Of a stretch of DNA of 64,000 bases, positions 35,976 through 45,098 are shown piece after piece. Below the pieces are notes generated by a model that was not told the origin of the DNA, made no database searches, and saw only the letters and a program-made list of their open reading frames with translations. Both the position numbers and the translations under genes were made by a program. The stretch's first letter is position 1; every line of letters begins with the position of its first letter. Source of the DNA: Thermoplasmata archaeon (GTDB taxonomy: Archaea > Thermoplasmatota > Thermoplasmata > RBG-16-68-12 > SOIM01); NCBI GenBank assembly GCA_023140195.1, contig JAGLME010000014.1, forward strand, positions 17,656 through 81,655. Direction: 5' to 3'.

Positions 35976-37205
35976 GTGCCTCCAAAGAAGATACTTATGA
36001 TCATACTGGACGGCTTGGCTGACAGGCCCGTGGCCGACCTCGGGAACAAGACCCCTCTCCAGGTCGCAGAAAGGCCCAACCTGAACTGGTTCGCCGAGAA
36101 TGGAATGTGTGGCCTGATGGACCCAATAGCGCCGGGGATACGACCCGGGAGCGACACATCCCACCTGGCCATACTCGGCTACGATCCGCACAAGGTGTAC
36201 ACCGGTAGGGGGCCCTTCGAAGCTGCTGGAGTCGGGCTTTCCCTTGAGCCGGGGGATGTCGCGTTCAGGTGCAATTTCGGCACGATCGACCAAGAAGGAC
36301 TTGTAAGGGACAGAAGGGCCGGGAGGATCAAAGAAGGAACTTCAGAGATTGCCAGTGACTTGGACGGTCTGCCAATCGAGGGAGCCGACATAACTTTCAA
36401 GGAAGGGACCGAACATCGTGCGGTTCTGATTCTGAGGGGAGAAGGGCTTTCTCCGAAGGTAACCGATGTCGACCCACACAAGGTCGGTGTCAGATACCTG
36501 AAGTGTCAGCCTCTGGAGCCAGAAGCCTCAAGGACGGCTGACATCGTCAATGAGTTCGTAGAGAAGTCCAGGAAGATACTGGAGAACCACGACGTCAACA
36601 AGAAGAGGCTGGAGAACGGAGACCTTCCTGCCAACATAATCATGCCTCGGGGAGCCGGCGTGTATCCCAACATTCAGTCACTGGAAGAGAAGTTCGGCCT
36701 CAGAAGTGCGGTTGTCGGGGGTGTGACCCTGGTCAAAGGAATATGCAAGATGGCCGGGATGGACACCATAGACGTTCCTGGAGCCACCGGCGGATTGGAC
36801 ACCGATATGATCGCCAAAGGCCAAGCGGCCATCAGGGCACTGGAATCATACGACCTCGTCTTTTTGAACGTAAAAGCAGGGGACATTTGCGGCCATGACG
36901 GAGATGCAGATGGGAAGGTGAAGGTAGTTCAGAGGCTCGACCAGATGATGTCCATAATCAGAAAAGAGATTCCAGATGACGTAGTAATGGCTGTAACCTC
37001 TGATCACACCACTCCAGTATCTGTCAGGGACCATGCCGGTGACCCTGTTCCTCTCATGATCTACGGAAAGGACATTCGCGTGGATGATGTGACCTCTTAC
37101 GATGAGATGGCGGTCGCCAAAGGTTCTCTGGGCAGGATCAGGGGCTCCGATCTTATGCCTATTCTGATGAACCTGTCCAACCGGTCCGAGAAGTTCGGGG
37201 CCTGA
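35976..37205 (+). CDS. apgM: archaeal cofactor-independent phosphoglycerate mutase
   Basis: ILDGLADRP, GSDTSHLAILGYDP, TSDHTTP motifs. About 409 aa. GTG start. Confidence 0.88.
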   Translation: MPPKKILMIILDGLADRPVADLGNKTPLQVAERPNLNWFAENGMCGLMDPIAPGIRPGSDTSHLAILGYDPHKVYTGRGPFEAAGVGLSLEPGDVAFRCNFGTIDQEGLVRDRRAGRIKEGTSEIASDLDGLPIEGADITFKEGTEHRAVLILRGEGLSPKVTDVDPHKVGVRYLKCQPLEPEASRTADIVNEFVEKSRKILENHDVNKKRLENGDLPANIIMPRGAGVYPNIQSLEEKFGLRSAVVGGVTLVKGICKMAGMDTIDVPGATGGLDTDMIAKGQAAIRALESYDLVFLNVKAGDICGHDGDADGKVKVVQRLDQMMSIIRKEIPDDVVMAVTSDHTTPVSVRDHAGDPVPLMIYGKDIRVDDVTSYDEMAVAKGSLGRIRGSDLMPILMNLSNRSEKFGA

Positions 37206-37207
37206 GA

Positions 37208-37675
37208 TCATCTCTGGATGTTGACCGCTTCTCCCTCCAGCCTTCTGGCCTCTGACTCGTGCTCCCTCCTCAACGTGCTGTGCTCCTCCGCTTGTTTCAG
37301 AATCTCATTTGCCTTCCCGTCGATGACCTTTATCTGTCTCTCGCGCATCCTAGCCTGTTTGCTCAATGTTCTAGATTTGATGTGTCTGGACTCAGCCGCG
37401 TTCTTGAAAGAACCCACACCCTCTTCCTGGTGATACTTGTCATACTCATGCGCTCTGGACTTGAAAAGCCTGCTCCTGGCATTCAGACGCGCCATTTCTT
37501 CCTCATAGACCGCCTTTCTCACGAGGATCTTGGCCGCTCTGCTCTCATACTCCCTGGCCTTCGCCAGGTGCTTCTGCGCCTGGACCATCTCCCCAGCGGC
37601 TTCGGCTCTCAAGACCATACTCTCGTACACCGCAGTCTCAAAAGCGAGTGCCTCCGCATCCGATCCCAGAGCCAT
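37208..37675 (-). CDS. hypothetical alpha-helical protein
   Basis: The ATG at 37675 lies about 25 nt downstream of ATTTTAT (likely leaderless). Charged helical sequence with no motif recognised. Confidence 0.55.
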   Translation of the reverse strand: MALGSDAEALAFETAVYESMVLRAEAAGEMVQAQKHLAKAREYESRAAKILVRKAVYEEEMARLNARSRLFKSRAHEYDKYHQEEGVGSFKNAAESRHIKSRTLSKQARMRERQIKVIDGKANEILKQAEEHSTLRREHESEARRLEGEAVNIQR

Positions 37676-37832
37676 TGGACATAGTAATTCATGGAAGACA
37701 TAAAATCCTTTTGCATTCAATACTGATGACGATTCTAAGCCTACTATCGTCTTCGATTTTGAAATGATTTATAAGCGAAAGCGTTATCTATGACAGACCC
37801 ATCGGCAACGCTGGCTAATAAAGGGTGACTGA

Positions 37833-40319
37833 ATGAGTGTGATTGGTTCATCTGGAACGAAATATCGGGCCGCAGTCCTATTCCTGGGACTCATGGTGGC
37901 CTTCTCTGTGGCGCTCCAAATGGGGGCGCAGACAGCCTTGGCTCAGGGAGAACTGGAGGTCGAGTTCTTCAAGGGCGATCTTATGATTGAGGAACCTGTG
38001 GATGGAGACACGGTGACTATCAAGTTCTGCAACAAAGGGGAATCCACCAGGACCCTCCAGGACCTGGAGGTCTTGAAAGGAGTAAGCATAATCTACGGCC
38101 CCCAGAATCTCGTTCTGGACCCAGACCAGTGCGAGATCCTGGTGATGGATGAGGACTTCATTGAGGGGGACACTCTTGAGATCAGGGATTTCGCTGGCGT
38201 GTACTTCGACGGGACGATCAAGAAACCCTCCGAGGGCTCCTTGCTTGTTTGGATGATCCTAATCGGTGGCGTGGTAGGACTGGGATTCGCCATTTACATG
38301 ATACGAAAGGTCATGAGTTTCGACCAGGGTACAGAGAAAATGAGGGAGATCTCTGACGCGATCCAGGAGGGTGCCAAAGCCTTCTTGAATACCCAATACA
38401 AGACGATTCTGATAATCACAGTCGTCTTTGCGGTTGTCTTTGCAGTTGCCATGGGGTTCGCGATCACCGAGTACTACGGTCTGGACGGCTGGACGTTCGG
38501 CATAATGACATCTTCTGCGTTCCTGATGGGAGCGCTGTTCTCTGCAGTGTCAGGCTATATCGGCATGCACATGGCCATCCGTGCCAACATTCGATGCGCA
38601 TCCGCTTCGAGAAGGAGCTACGACGAGTCCCTGAGGGTCGCGATGTGGGGCGGTTCCGTTTCAGGGTTCTCAATTGTGGCTCTCAGTTTGCTTGGTGTCA
38701 TGCTTATCTACTTCATCTTTGGTTACGGCCAGGATCCGAGATTGACCCCGTTGATAATCGTCGGATTCGGTTTCGGCGCCAGTCTGGTAGCCCTTTTCGC
38801 TCAGTTGGGTGGCGGTATATACACCAAGGCGGCTGATGTTGGCGCTGATCTGGTCGGAAAGGTGGAGGCCGGCATTCCCGAGGACGATCCCCGCAATGCA
38901 GCCGTTATTGCAGACCTGGTTGGGGATAATGTTGGAGATTGCGCTGGCAGAGGTGCCGATCTGTTCGAAAGCACTGCTGCCGAGAACATCGGCGCCATGA
39001 TCCTGGGAATCGCTCTCTATCCAGTATTCGGAATCAACGGAATCATATTCCCGCTTGTCGCTCGAGCCTTTGGACTCCTGGCGTGCATGGTCGGAGTGGC
39101 ATTCGTCAAGGCGAAGGAGGACGAGGTTCCCATGAAACCATTGAATAGAGGGTACTACGTCGCATCCTTCCTTTCAGCACTATTCTTCGGGATAGCGACC
39201 TATTTCATGCTCGGAGACGCTTGGCTCTATTACGCTGGCTGCGGGGTAATTGGCATCCTTACCAGCATCGCCTTCGTTTTCATCACCCAGTATTACACCG
39301 AGGCCAGGTTCAAGCCTGTTCAGGAGATCGCCAAGGCTTCTGAGACTGGTCCAGCTACAAACATCCTTTCGGGTTTCTCATATGGACTGGAGACCGTATT
39401 CGCACCCATACTCGTGATCTCCTCCGCATTGCTCGGGGCCTTCTTCTTGGGGCAGGCCGGTGGAGAAGCCGCGGGCTTGAACCCATTCAATGCAGGACTG
39501 TACGGAACCGCGATGGCAACAATGGGTATGCTGGCAACATGCGCATATATCCTGGCCATGGACACTTACGGGCCAATCACCGATAACGCCGGAGGAATCA
39601 ACGAGATGTCCGGCGATTCACCCGAGGAGGCAAAGTACATCACCGCCAAACTGGATGCCTCCGGTAACACAACGAAGGCCCTGACCAAAGGTTATGCCGT
39701 GGGCAGCGCAGCCCTGGCGGCGTTCCTGTTGTTCTCGGCCTACATGACCGAGGCCCACCTCACCTCTGTTGATCTGGCCAAGCCAGTCGTCTTCGTAGGT
39801 GCCATGATCGGTGCTATGATGATCTTCCTCTTCAGCGCATTCGCGATCAGGGCCGTTGGAAAGGTAGCTGGCAAAATAATAGAGGAGGTCAGAAGGCAGT
39901 TCAAGGAGATGCCCGGCATCATGGAAGGCACTCAGAAACCCGATTACGCACGTTGCGTGGACATCACAACCCGTGGAGCGCTCAAAGCGATGGTTCTTCC
40001 CGGGATGATCGCGATTACCACCCCCATTGCGGTCGGACTGTTGCTGAGGGCCGAAGCGCTTGGTGCTACGCTCATGATAGGGACAATAGTCGGAGTCGTA
40101 CTGGCCCTGGTGCTGAACAACGTGGGCGGTGCCTGGGACAACGCCAAGAAGTACATTGAGGACGGACACCACGGAGGAAAAGGGTCGGACCCCCACAAAG
40201 CCTCTGTTATTGGCGATACCGTGGGCGATCCGTTCAAGGACACGGCTGGCCCTTCACTGCACATCGTGATCAAACTGCTCAGTACCATTACACTGGTGTT
40301 GGCACCCCTCTTTATATAG
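37833..40319 (+). CDS. hppA: membrane-bound proton-translocating pyrophosphatase with N-terminal extracytoplasmic extension
   Basis: GGIYTKAADVGADLVGKVE, DNVGDCAGRGADLFES and GDTVGDPFKDTAGPSL motifs. GNTTKA (Lys variant) suggests the K+-independent class. About 130 extra N-terminal residues with a signal-like helix. Confidence 0.9.
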   Translation: MSVIGSSGTKYRAAVLFLGLMVAFSVALQMGAQTALAQGELEVEFFKGDLMIEEPVDGDTVTIKFCNKGESTRTLQDLEVLKGVSIIYGPQNLVLDPDQCEILVMDEDFIEGDTLEIRDFAGVYFDGTIKKPSEGSLLVWMILIGGVVGLGFAIYMIRKVMSFDQGTEKMREISDAIQEGAKAFLNTQYKTILIITVVFAVVFAVAMGFAITEYYGLDGWTFGIMTSSAFLMGALFSAVSGYIGMHMAIRANIRCASASRRSYDESLRVAMWGGSVSGFSIVALSLLGVMLIYFIFGYGQDPRLTPLIIVGFGFGASLVALFAQLGGGIYTKAADVGADLVGKVEAGIPEDDPRNAAVIADLVGDNVGDCAGRGADLFESTAAENIGAMILGIALYPVFGINGIIFPLVARAFGLLACMVGVAFVKAKEDEVPMKPLNRGYYVASFLSALFFGIATYFMLGDAWLYYAGCGVIGILTSIAFVFITQYYTEARFKPVQEIAKASETGPATNILSGFSYGLETVFAPILVISSALLGAFFLGQAGGEAAGLNPFNAGLYGTAMATMGMLATCAYILAMDTYGPITDNAGGINEMSGDSPEEAKYITAKLDASGNTTKALTKGYAVGSAALAAFLLFSAYMTEAHLTSVDLAKPVVFVGAMIGAMMIFLFSAFAIRAVGKVAGKIIEEVRRQFKEMPGIMEGTQKPDYARCVDITTRGALKAMVLPGMIAITTPIAVGLLLRAEALGATLMIGTIVGVVLALVLNNVGGAWDNAKKYIEDGHHGGKGSDPHKASVIGDTVGDPFKDTAGPSLHIVIKLLSTITLVLAPLFI

Positions 40320-40378
40320 GGAAACGGAAAAAGACCAAATAAGAGATTGCTCATTCCAGACAGAAGGTCGTCATATAG

Positions 40379-40975
40379 ATGTATCTGAAAGCAAGGAGAG
40401 AAGATGTTGTCCGCATACCTCCAGAGAGGTTGGACGAGGACTTGGATCAGCTCACGCGAGAACTGACCCGGGAATCATTGGAAGGAAGAATGGACGCTGA
40501 GAAGAATCTCATTCTCATCACCAGCGACATCGAGAGGATAGGCGACGGCAGAATAGTCCACGGTGACGGTGCCGTGTATCAGAGGGTCAGCTTCGACGCC
40601 ATAGTCTTCAGACCTGTGTTGCAGGAAGTCGTGGAAGGCGAGATATGCGAGGTCCTGAAGTTCGGGGCTTTCGTCAGGTTCGGCCCTCTGGACGGTCTTC
40701 TGCACATCAGCCAGATCATGGACGACCGCGTGGATGTGGATGTTGACGGTGGGCGGTTGATAGGAAAGGACACGAGAAAGGACCTGAGAGTCGGAGACAG
40801 GGTGAGGACAAGGATAGTCGCAATCAGCATCAATGAGAGGAACCCGCGAGAGAGCAAGATTGGCCTGACAATGAGACAGCCAGGCTTGGGGAAGCTGGAC
40901 TGGATGAAAGAAGAGAAAGAGAAGACAGAAGCGCCCAAACCCAAGAAGAAGAAGAAGAAGAAAAAGAAGAAGTGA
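40379..40975 (+). CDS. rpo7: DNA-directed RNA polymerase subunit Rpo7 (E') with poly-Lys tail
   Basis: Typical N-terminus plus S1 domain (GEICEVLKFGAFVRFGPLDGLLHISQ). Ends in 10 consecutive Lys codons (40943-40972). Confidence 0.85.
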   Translation: MYLKARREDVVRIPPERLDEDLDQLTRELTRESLEGRMDAEKNLILITSDIERIGDGRIVHGDGAVYQRVSFDAIVFRPVLQEVVEGEICEVLKFGAFVRFGPLDGLLHISQIMDDRVDVDVDGGRLIGKDTRKDLRVGDRVRTRIVAISINERNPRESKIGLTMRQPGLGKLDWMKEEKEKTEAPKPKKKKKKKKKK

Positions 40976-40979
40976 GATC

Positions 40980-41171
40980 ATGGCAGTCAAGAATCCTAAG
41001 GCTTGTAGCCAATGTTCAAAGATAACCGATGACGATAAATGCTCCCACTGCGGGAACAAGACCTCCAAGGACTGGCAGGGCTATGTAGTAATCATAGATG
41101 CCCCGAAATCGGAGATCGCCAAGAGGATGGGCATAGATGTCGATGGAGAATACGCGCTTCGGGTCCGGTAG
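40980..41171 (+). CDS. spt4: transcription elongation factor Spt4 / RpoE''
   Basis: 63 aa with zinc ribbon CSQC...CSHC and WQGYVVIID. Canonical position after Rpo7. Confidence 0.85.
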   Translation: MAVKNPKACSQCSKITDDDKCSHCGNKTSKDWQGYVVIIDAPKSEIAKRMGIDVDGEYALRVR

Positions 41172-41691
41172 TCTGAGTACCGATCTCTTCCTTCCCGTTG
41201 AACTCCGGCAAGAGCTTCGAGAACCGCTTGGTGACATAATGCCCGGAAAGATGGCCATTGGTGCTTTGAAGGATGGGGAGAAGTTGTATACAATCGGGGA
41301 CCAGTGCACGCTGACGTTCGTCGAGGAGAACATAATCCCGGACGTTTTCATAGTGGACTACCAGATCAAAAGGGAACCCAATCCGCAACTGGAGCCAAAG
41401 TTCGAGAGCGTCTCCGAGGCGACGATCAAGGTTCATAATCCTGCCGGGACGATCACAAAGGAGCTTTGGTCTGCCATATCCGAGTCTCTCCTTTCTGAGA
41501 AGAAGGTCAGGATAGAGGTGGACGGAGAGGAGGATCTGGCAACGCTACCGTGCATAAGTCTCGCCCGGAACGGGTCGCAGGTGGCCTATGGGCTTCCGGA
41601 TCAGGGTCTCGTGCTGGTTGAGGTTGATGACGGTGCAAAGGATTATGTAAGGAAGATTCTTGAGAGAATGAGGGAGAGCAATGCAAGCTGA
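41137..41691 (+). CDS. DUF359-family protein (GTP-dependent dephospho-CoA kinase family)
   Basis: PLGDIMPG, YTIGDQCT and FIVDYQIKR motifs, in the conserved position downstream of spt4. Start uncertain (35-nt overlap with spt4). Confidence 0.65.
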   Translation: MSMENTRFGSGSLSTDLFLPVELRQELREPLGDIMPGKMAIGALKDGEKLYTIGDQCTLTFVEENIIPDVFIVDYQIKREPNPQLEPKFESVSEATIKVHNPAGTITKELWSAISESLLSEKKVRIEVDGEEDLATLPCISLARNGSQVAYGLPDQGLVLVEVDDGAKDYVRKILERMRESNAS

Positions 41692-42124
41692 GATAATTTC
41701 CAGGAAGGAGAATCCGTTACTGAAGAGGATTGAAATCCAGTTCAAGGTGGTACATCACGGAGAGGGAACCCCTCAAAGGGAGACCATCAAAGAGGAGATA
41801 GCCAAACTCGCCAAGGCGCCCAAGGACCGGGTCGTCATAGACCATATGGACTCCCAGTTCGGGACCACTCACGCTCTTGGTTATGCCAAGATTTACGATT
41901 CAAAAGAGGACGCACTGGCCTTCGAAAGAAAGCACATTCTGGGAAGGAACAAGCTCATCGAACTCGAAGCGAAGAAGAAAGTGAAGAAGGTGGGAGCCTA
42001 CAAGCCGGTAAAAGCTGAGGAGGAGGCACCTGCCGGAGAGCCCGAGGAGAAACCCGAAGAGGAGCCAGAGGCCGGGAAGGAAGAGCCCAAAGAGGCCCCA
42101 GAAGCCGAGGAAAAAGGTGAGTGA
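41681..42124 (+). CDS. rps24e: ribosomal protein S24e with ~50-aa charged C-terminal extension
   Basis: [32 protein letters not shown], then [15 protein letters not shown]. Tail is [33 protein letters not shown]... Confidence 0.85.
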   Translation: MQAEIISRKENPLLKRIEIQFKVVHHGEGTPQRETIKEEIAKLAKAPKDRVVIDHMDSQFGTTHALGYAKIYDSKEDALAFERKHILGRNKLIELEAKKKVKKVGAYKPVKAEEEAPAGEPEEKPEEEPEAGKEEPKEAPEAEEKGE

Positions 42125-42126
42125 AC

Positions 42127-42312
42127 ATGGCAGAAGGCGAGAAATCCAAGAGGCATCTGTACGAGGTCAAGGACGACAAACTTGTCCGACTGAGGGATGA
42201 ATGTCCCAAGTGCGGACCAGGGATATTCCTGGCAAAACACAAGGACCGCGTTGCCTGTGGCCGGTGCGGATACACTGAGTTCTCAACACCGAAGTCCAGG
42301 TCCACTGAATAG
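42127..42312 (+). CDS. rps27ae: ribosomal protein S27ae
   Basis: Zinc ribbon [27 protein letters not shown] at 42127 (GTG at 42121 overlaps the upstream stop). Confidence 0.85.
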   Translation: MAEGEKSKRHLYEVKDDKLVRLRDECPKCGPGIFLAKHKDRVACGRCGYTEFSTPKSRSTE

Positions 42313-42314
42313 TC

Positions 42315-43034
42315 TCATTTCCTCAGAATCGTTTTGACCGGGTTTGCCCTTATTCTAAGATGGAATATGTTCTGGCCGTCATCAATCTTCACTTTCAGGA
42401 CCGCCCTTGACCTTCCCTGGATATGGGGGTTGAGGCCATCACCGCGGAGCATTTCCAGGACCCTGTCCAGATAGCCGGAGGACCTATCCACATATTTCTG
42501 TTCAAGATCTGCCGCCTTGTCCCCCACTTGATAGACCTTCTTCCTTCCTGAGGCCACCGCAGTGAGGAATCCGTGACGCTCCAAGGCAGCCAGGTGTGGT
42601 TGCACATATTGCTGATACTTGCCCATCTTTCTCGCAATGTCCGTCTGGCTCAGTCCTTTGTTCTTCACGACTAGGAAGTAGATGTCCTTGGTGGTCCCGT
42701 CCTGGAGAGCGCTCAAGCACGCCAGATCTCCGCTCTCTATCCAACCCGTGGGGTAGTAGTGGCATCGGTTCCTGTCCTCAAAGGTCGAGACTATGTGCTC
42801 TTGAGTGAGTATCTTCAAGTGCCAATCAGCCGTGCCGACAGGTGTTTCCGTCTTCCTTGCCAGTTCTCTAAGGTGTGTCAATGGGTTCTCCATCAGATGC
42901 TGGAGGATCTCCCTCCGCTTTTCGTTCATCAAGATGGAGACCCCACCCTCTCTGGGTTTTATTCTGGAAAGTACATCATCCCTTCCAATCACCCTTCTCA
43001 GGGCTCTACCAACGCCTTCCTTCATGACACTCAA
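42315..43034 (-). CDS. transcriptional regulator with two winged-helix (ArsR-like) domains
   Basis: EKRREILQHLMENPLTHLRELARKTETPVGTADWHLKIL and a second segment LSQTDIARKMGKYQQYVQPHLAALERHGFL. Confidence 0.7.
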   Translation of the reverse strand: MSVMKEGVGRALRRVIGRDDVLSRIKPREGGVSILMNEKRREILQHLMENPLTHLRELARKTETPVGTADWHLKILTQEHIVSTFEDRNRCHYYPTGWIESGDLACLSALQDGTTKDIYFLVVKNKGLSQTDIARKMGKYQQYVQPHLAALERHGFLTAVASGRKKVYQVGDKAADLEQKYVDRSSGYLDRVLEMLRGDGLNPHIQGRSRAVLKVKIDDGQNIFHLRIRANPVKTILRK

Positions 43035-44128
43035 ATCAGGAACTTACCATTGGACATTATTCTCTTTCCGTCCACCTCGATGTCAGGTTTCATCATGACC
43101 ATGTCCCAGTGCAAGGTGGATTCGTTCTTCCCGCCAAACATCCTGTTCTCTCCGACCGCGATGTGGATGGTGCCGATTATCTTCTCATCGGTTATGACAT
43201 AGCCGATCGCCTTCTTGACCTTGGGATTGATGCCGATGCCGAACTCCCCAATCCTGTCCTTGTCTCCCTGTGAGTTCTTGAGGACCTCCTTGAAGAGTTT
43301 CTCGTTCTTTTTGGCCTTGGCTTTGACTATCCTTCCTTTCTTGAAGGTCACATTTATGTCCTCAATCCTCTTACCCTTTCTGAAGGCCAGGTCGAACACG
43401 GCTCTTCCATTTGCCGAGGTCTCCACGGGTGGGAAGAACACTTCTCCACACGGGAGGTTGTTGCCCACGTCCTTGTTCCTGATATCCTCCGGCGAGATGA
43501 CCCCATCATCTATCAGCGGCTTCCTGTTCTTCACTGAGAAGGTAAGGTCAGTGCCTTTCTTGGATGTCAGGTGGACCTTGTCTGCGCCCTTGAACGCTCT
43601 GGCTATGGTCTTCCCCCTTTCGTAGAGCTTGTCATAATTGACGTTGACCGCGGACCAGAACATATCCCAGAATTCGGCGTATGGTACGCCAAATGTGGCC
43701 GCCAGCTCTTTGGTCGGATAGCCCATCCCCGTCCATCTGATCTCCTCCTTGATGAACTTGTCCTGGACCTTTCTCGATCCTTCCCTGGCCGCACCCATCC
43801 TGTTCTCGGATACCGCCGAAAGGCTCCTCGGATCGCAGGTCGGGTCGATGGATATCGCCCCGTCAATGTCCTCATACCAGTTCAGCCAGAACTTCGGGGT
43901 CTTCTTCAAGTACTTAATCGGGACCTCTTGATACATTCTTCTTGTCAGCTCATCCGAATAGGTCTGGAACAGCACGAACGCTCCTTTCTTCCTAACATTC
44001 ACGGCGATCTTCTCGGCGAGCTCGAAATTGTGTATGCCCCCCCTCACAACAATGACCTCTCCTTCCTTCACTCGCATGCACTTGTTCACGATCTTCTTCG
44101 CGACTGATTCGAAATCGACCTTCATCAT
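43031..44128 (-). CDS. M29-family (AmpS/PepS-type) aminopeptidase
   Basis: 365 aa with motifs GEVIVVRGG, LTSKKGTDLTF, NLPCGEVFFPP and IGEFGIGINP. Confidence 0.8.
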   Translation of the reverse strand: MMKVDFESVAKKIVNKCMRVKEGEVIVVRGGIHNFELAEKIAVNVRKKGAFVLFQTYSDELTRRMYQEVPIKYLKKTPKFWLNWYEDIDGAISIDPTCDPRSLSAVSENRMGAAREGSRKVQDKFIKEEIRWTGMGYPTKELAATFGVPYAEFWDMFWSAVNVNYDKLYERGKTIARAFKGADKVHLTSKKGTDLTFSVKNRKPLIDDGVISPEDIRNKDVGNNLPCGEVFFPPVETSANGRAVFDLAFRKGKRIEDINVTFKKGRIVKAKAKKNEKLFKEVLKNSQGDKDRIGEFGIGINPKVKKAIGYVITDEKIIGTIHIAVGENRMFGGKNESTLHWDMVMMKPDIEVDGKRIMSNGKFLI

Positions 44129-44198
44129 AGGGATCGATTGATTGTATGGAAGGATTCATAATAAGGTTTTCTGGATTCTGTCCTTGGCGTGGGGATAA

Positions 44199-45098
44199 TC
44201 AGAAGTCCGCGGTAAACTCTTCCTTCCTCAGGAGCAGTTCCCAGTTCCTGTCGGCACCTCTCTGGATCTTTTCAATAACATCCTCAGGAAGATGTCTGAA
44301 TCTGCCTTGAAGTCTCAGATAATCCTTTACCGGTATCTTCTTCTTGGGCTTCCTGGTGATCCTGTACTTACCCTTCTCCACCTCGAACAGCGGGAAAAGG
44401 TTGGAGTCCACTGCCATCTTCGCGATCTTGACCATGTGTTCTGGAGGATGCCTCCATCCAGTGGGACACGGCGCGAACGCATGATAGAACTTGGGGCCCA
44501 CGATGTCCTTACCTTTGGCGATCTTCTTCACAAAGTCCTCTGGAAAGGCGACGTTCACTGTTGCGGTGTACGGAATGTCATGTGCCACCATGATCTCAAC
44601 CATGTTCTTCTTGGGGCCTTTCTTCCAGTCCCCGGTCGTACCTACGGGGGTGGTTGTCGTCCACGCACCCTCCGGCGTGGCTCCGCTTCTCTGTATGCCG
44701 GTGTTCATGTATGCCTCGTTGTCGTACATCACGTAGAAGATGTCGGTGTTCCTCTCCACAGCACCTGAAAGCGCTTGTATCCCGATGTCCACAGTTCCTC
44801 CATCTCCGGCGAAACCGACCACGTTGACGTCCTTTATCCCTTTTGCATCCAATGCCGCTCTGATCCCTGAGATGGATGCACCAGTCACTTCGAATGCCGT
44901 ATTTACAAGGGGTACGTCCAAAGCAAAACTGGGATGTTTTCCGTGCATTATCGCCCAGCAGCAAGCGGGAACACTGACTATGGTCCTCCTTCCCAGTGCC
45001 TTGAGCATGTATCGCATTGCGAGGCCTCCGCCGCAGCCCAGACACGCAATGTGGCCCGGATGCATCAGTTCCTCTTCTGGGATGGTCGTTTTTCCCAT
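44199..45098 (-). CDS. porB: pyruvate (2-oxoacid):ferredoxin oxidoreductase beta subunit
   Basis: TPP-binding GFAGDGGTVDIG and CLGCGG. ATG at 45098 overlaps the porA stop (ATGA). Confidence 0.9.
   Translation of the reverse strand: MGKTTIPEEELMHPGHIACLGCGGGLAMRYMLKALGRRTIVSVPACCWAIMHGKHPSFALDVPLVNTAFEVTGASISGIRAALDAKGIKDVNVVGFAGDGGTVDIGIQALSGAVERNTDIFYVMYDNEAYMNTGIQRSGATPEGAWTTTTPVGTTGDWKKGPKKNMVEIMVAHDIPYTATVNVAFPEDFVKKIAKGKDIVGPKFYHAFAPCPTGWRHPPEHMVKIAKMAVDSNLFPLFEVEKGKYRITRKPKKKIPVKDYLRLQGRFRHLPEDVIEKIQRGADRNWELLLRKEEFTADF

Noticed and set aside
39618-40354. Long minus-strand ORFs inside hppA (39618-40196, 39944-40354), and similar shadow ORFs inside porB/porA, atpA, atpB, atpI, mobB and the GTPase genes
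   Set aside because: The sense strand encodes unmistakable conserved enzymes. The shadow ORFs lack motifs and are typical of GC-biased third positions.
40943-40980. Poly-A/G Lys run at the end of rpo7 as a programmed frameshift site fusing Rpo7 to Spt4
   Set aside because: A stop codon follows the run directly and spt4 has its own ATG 4 nt later, matching the normal two-gene arrangement. No extended frame is created by a +1/-1 shift that I can see.
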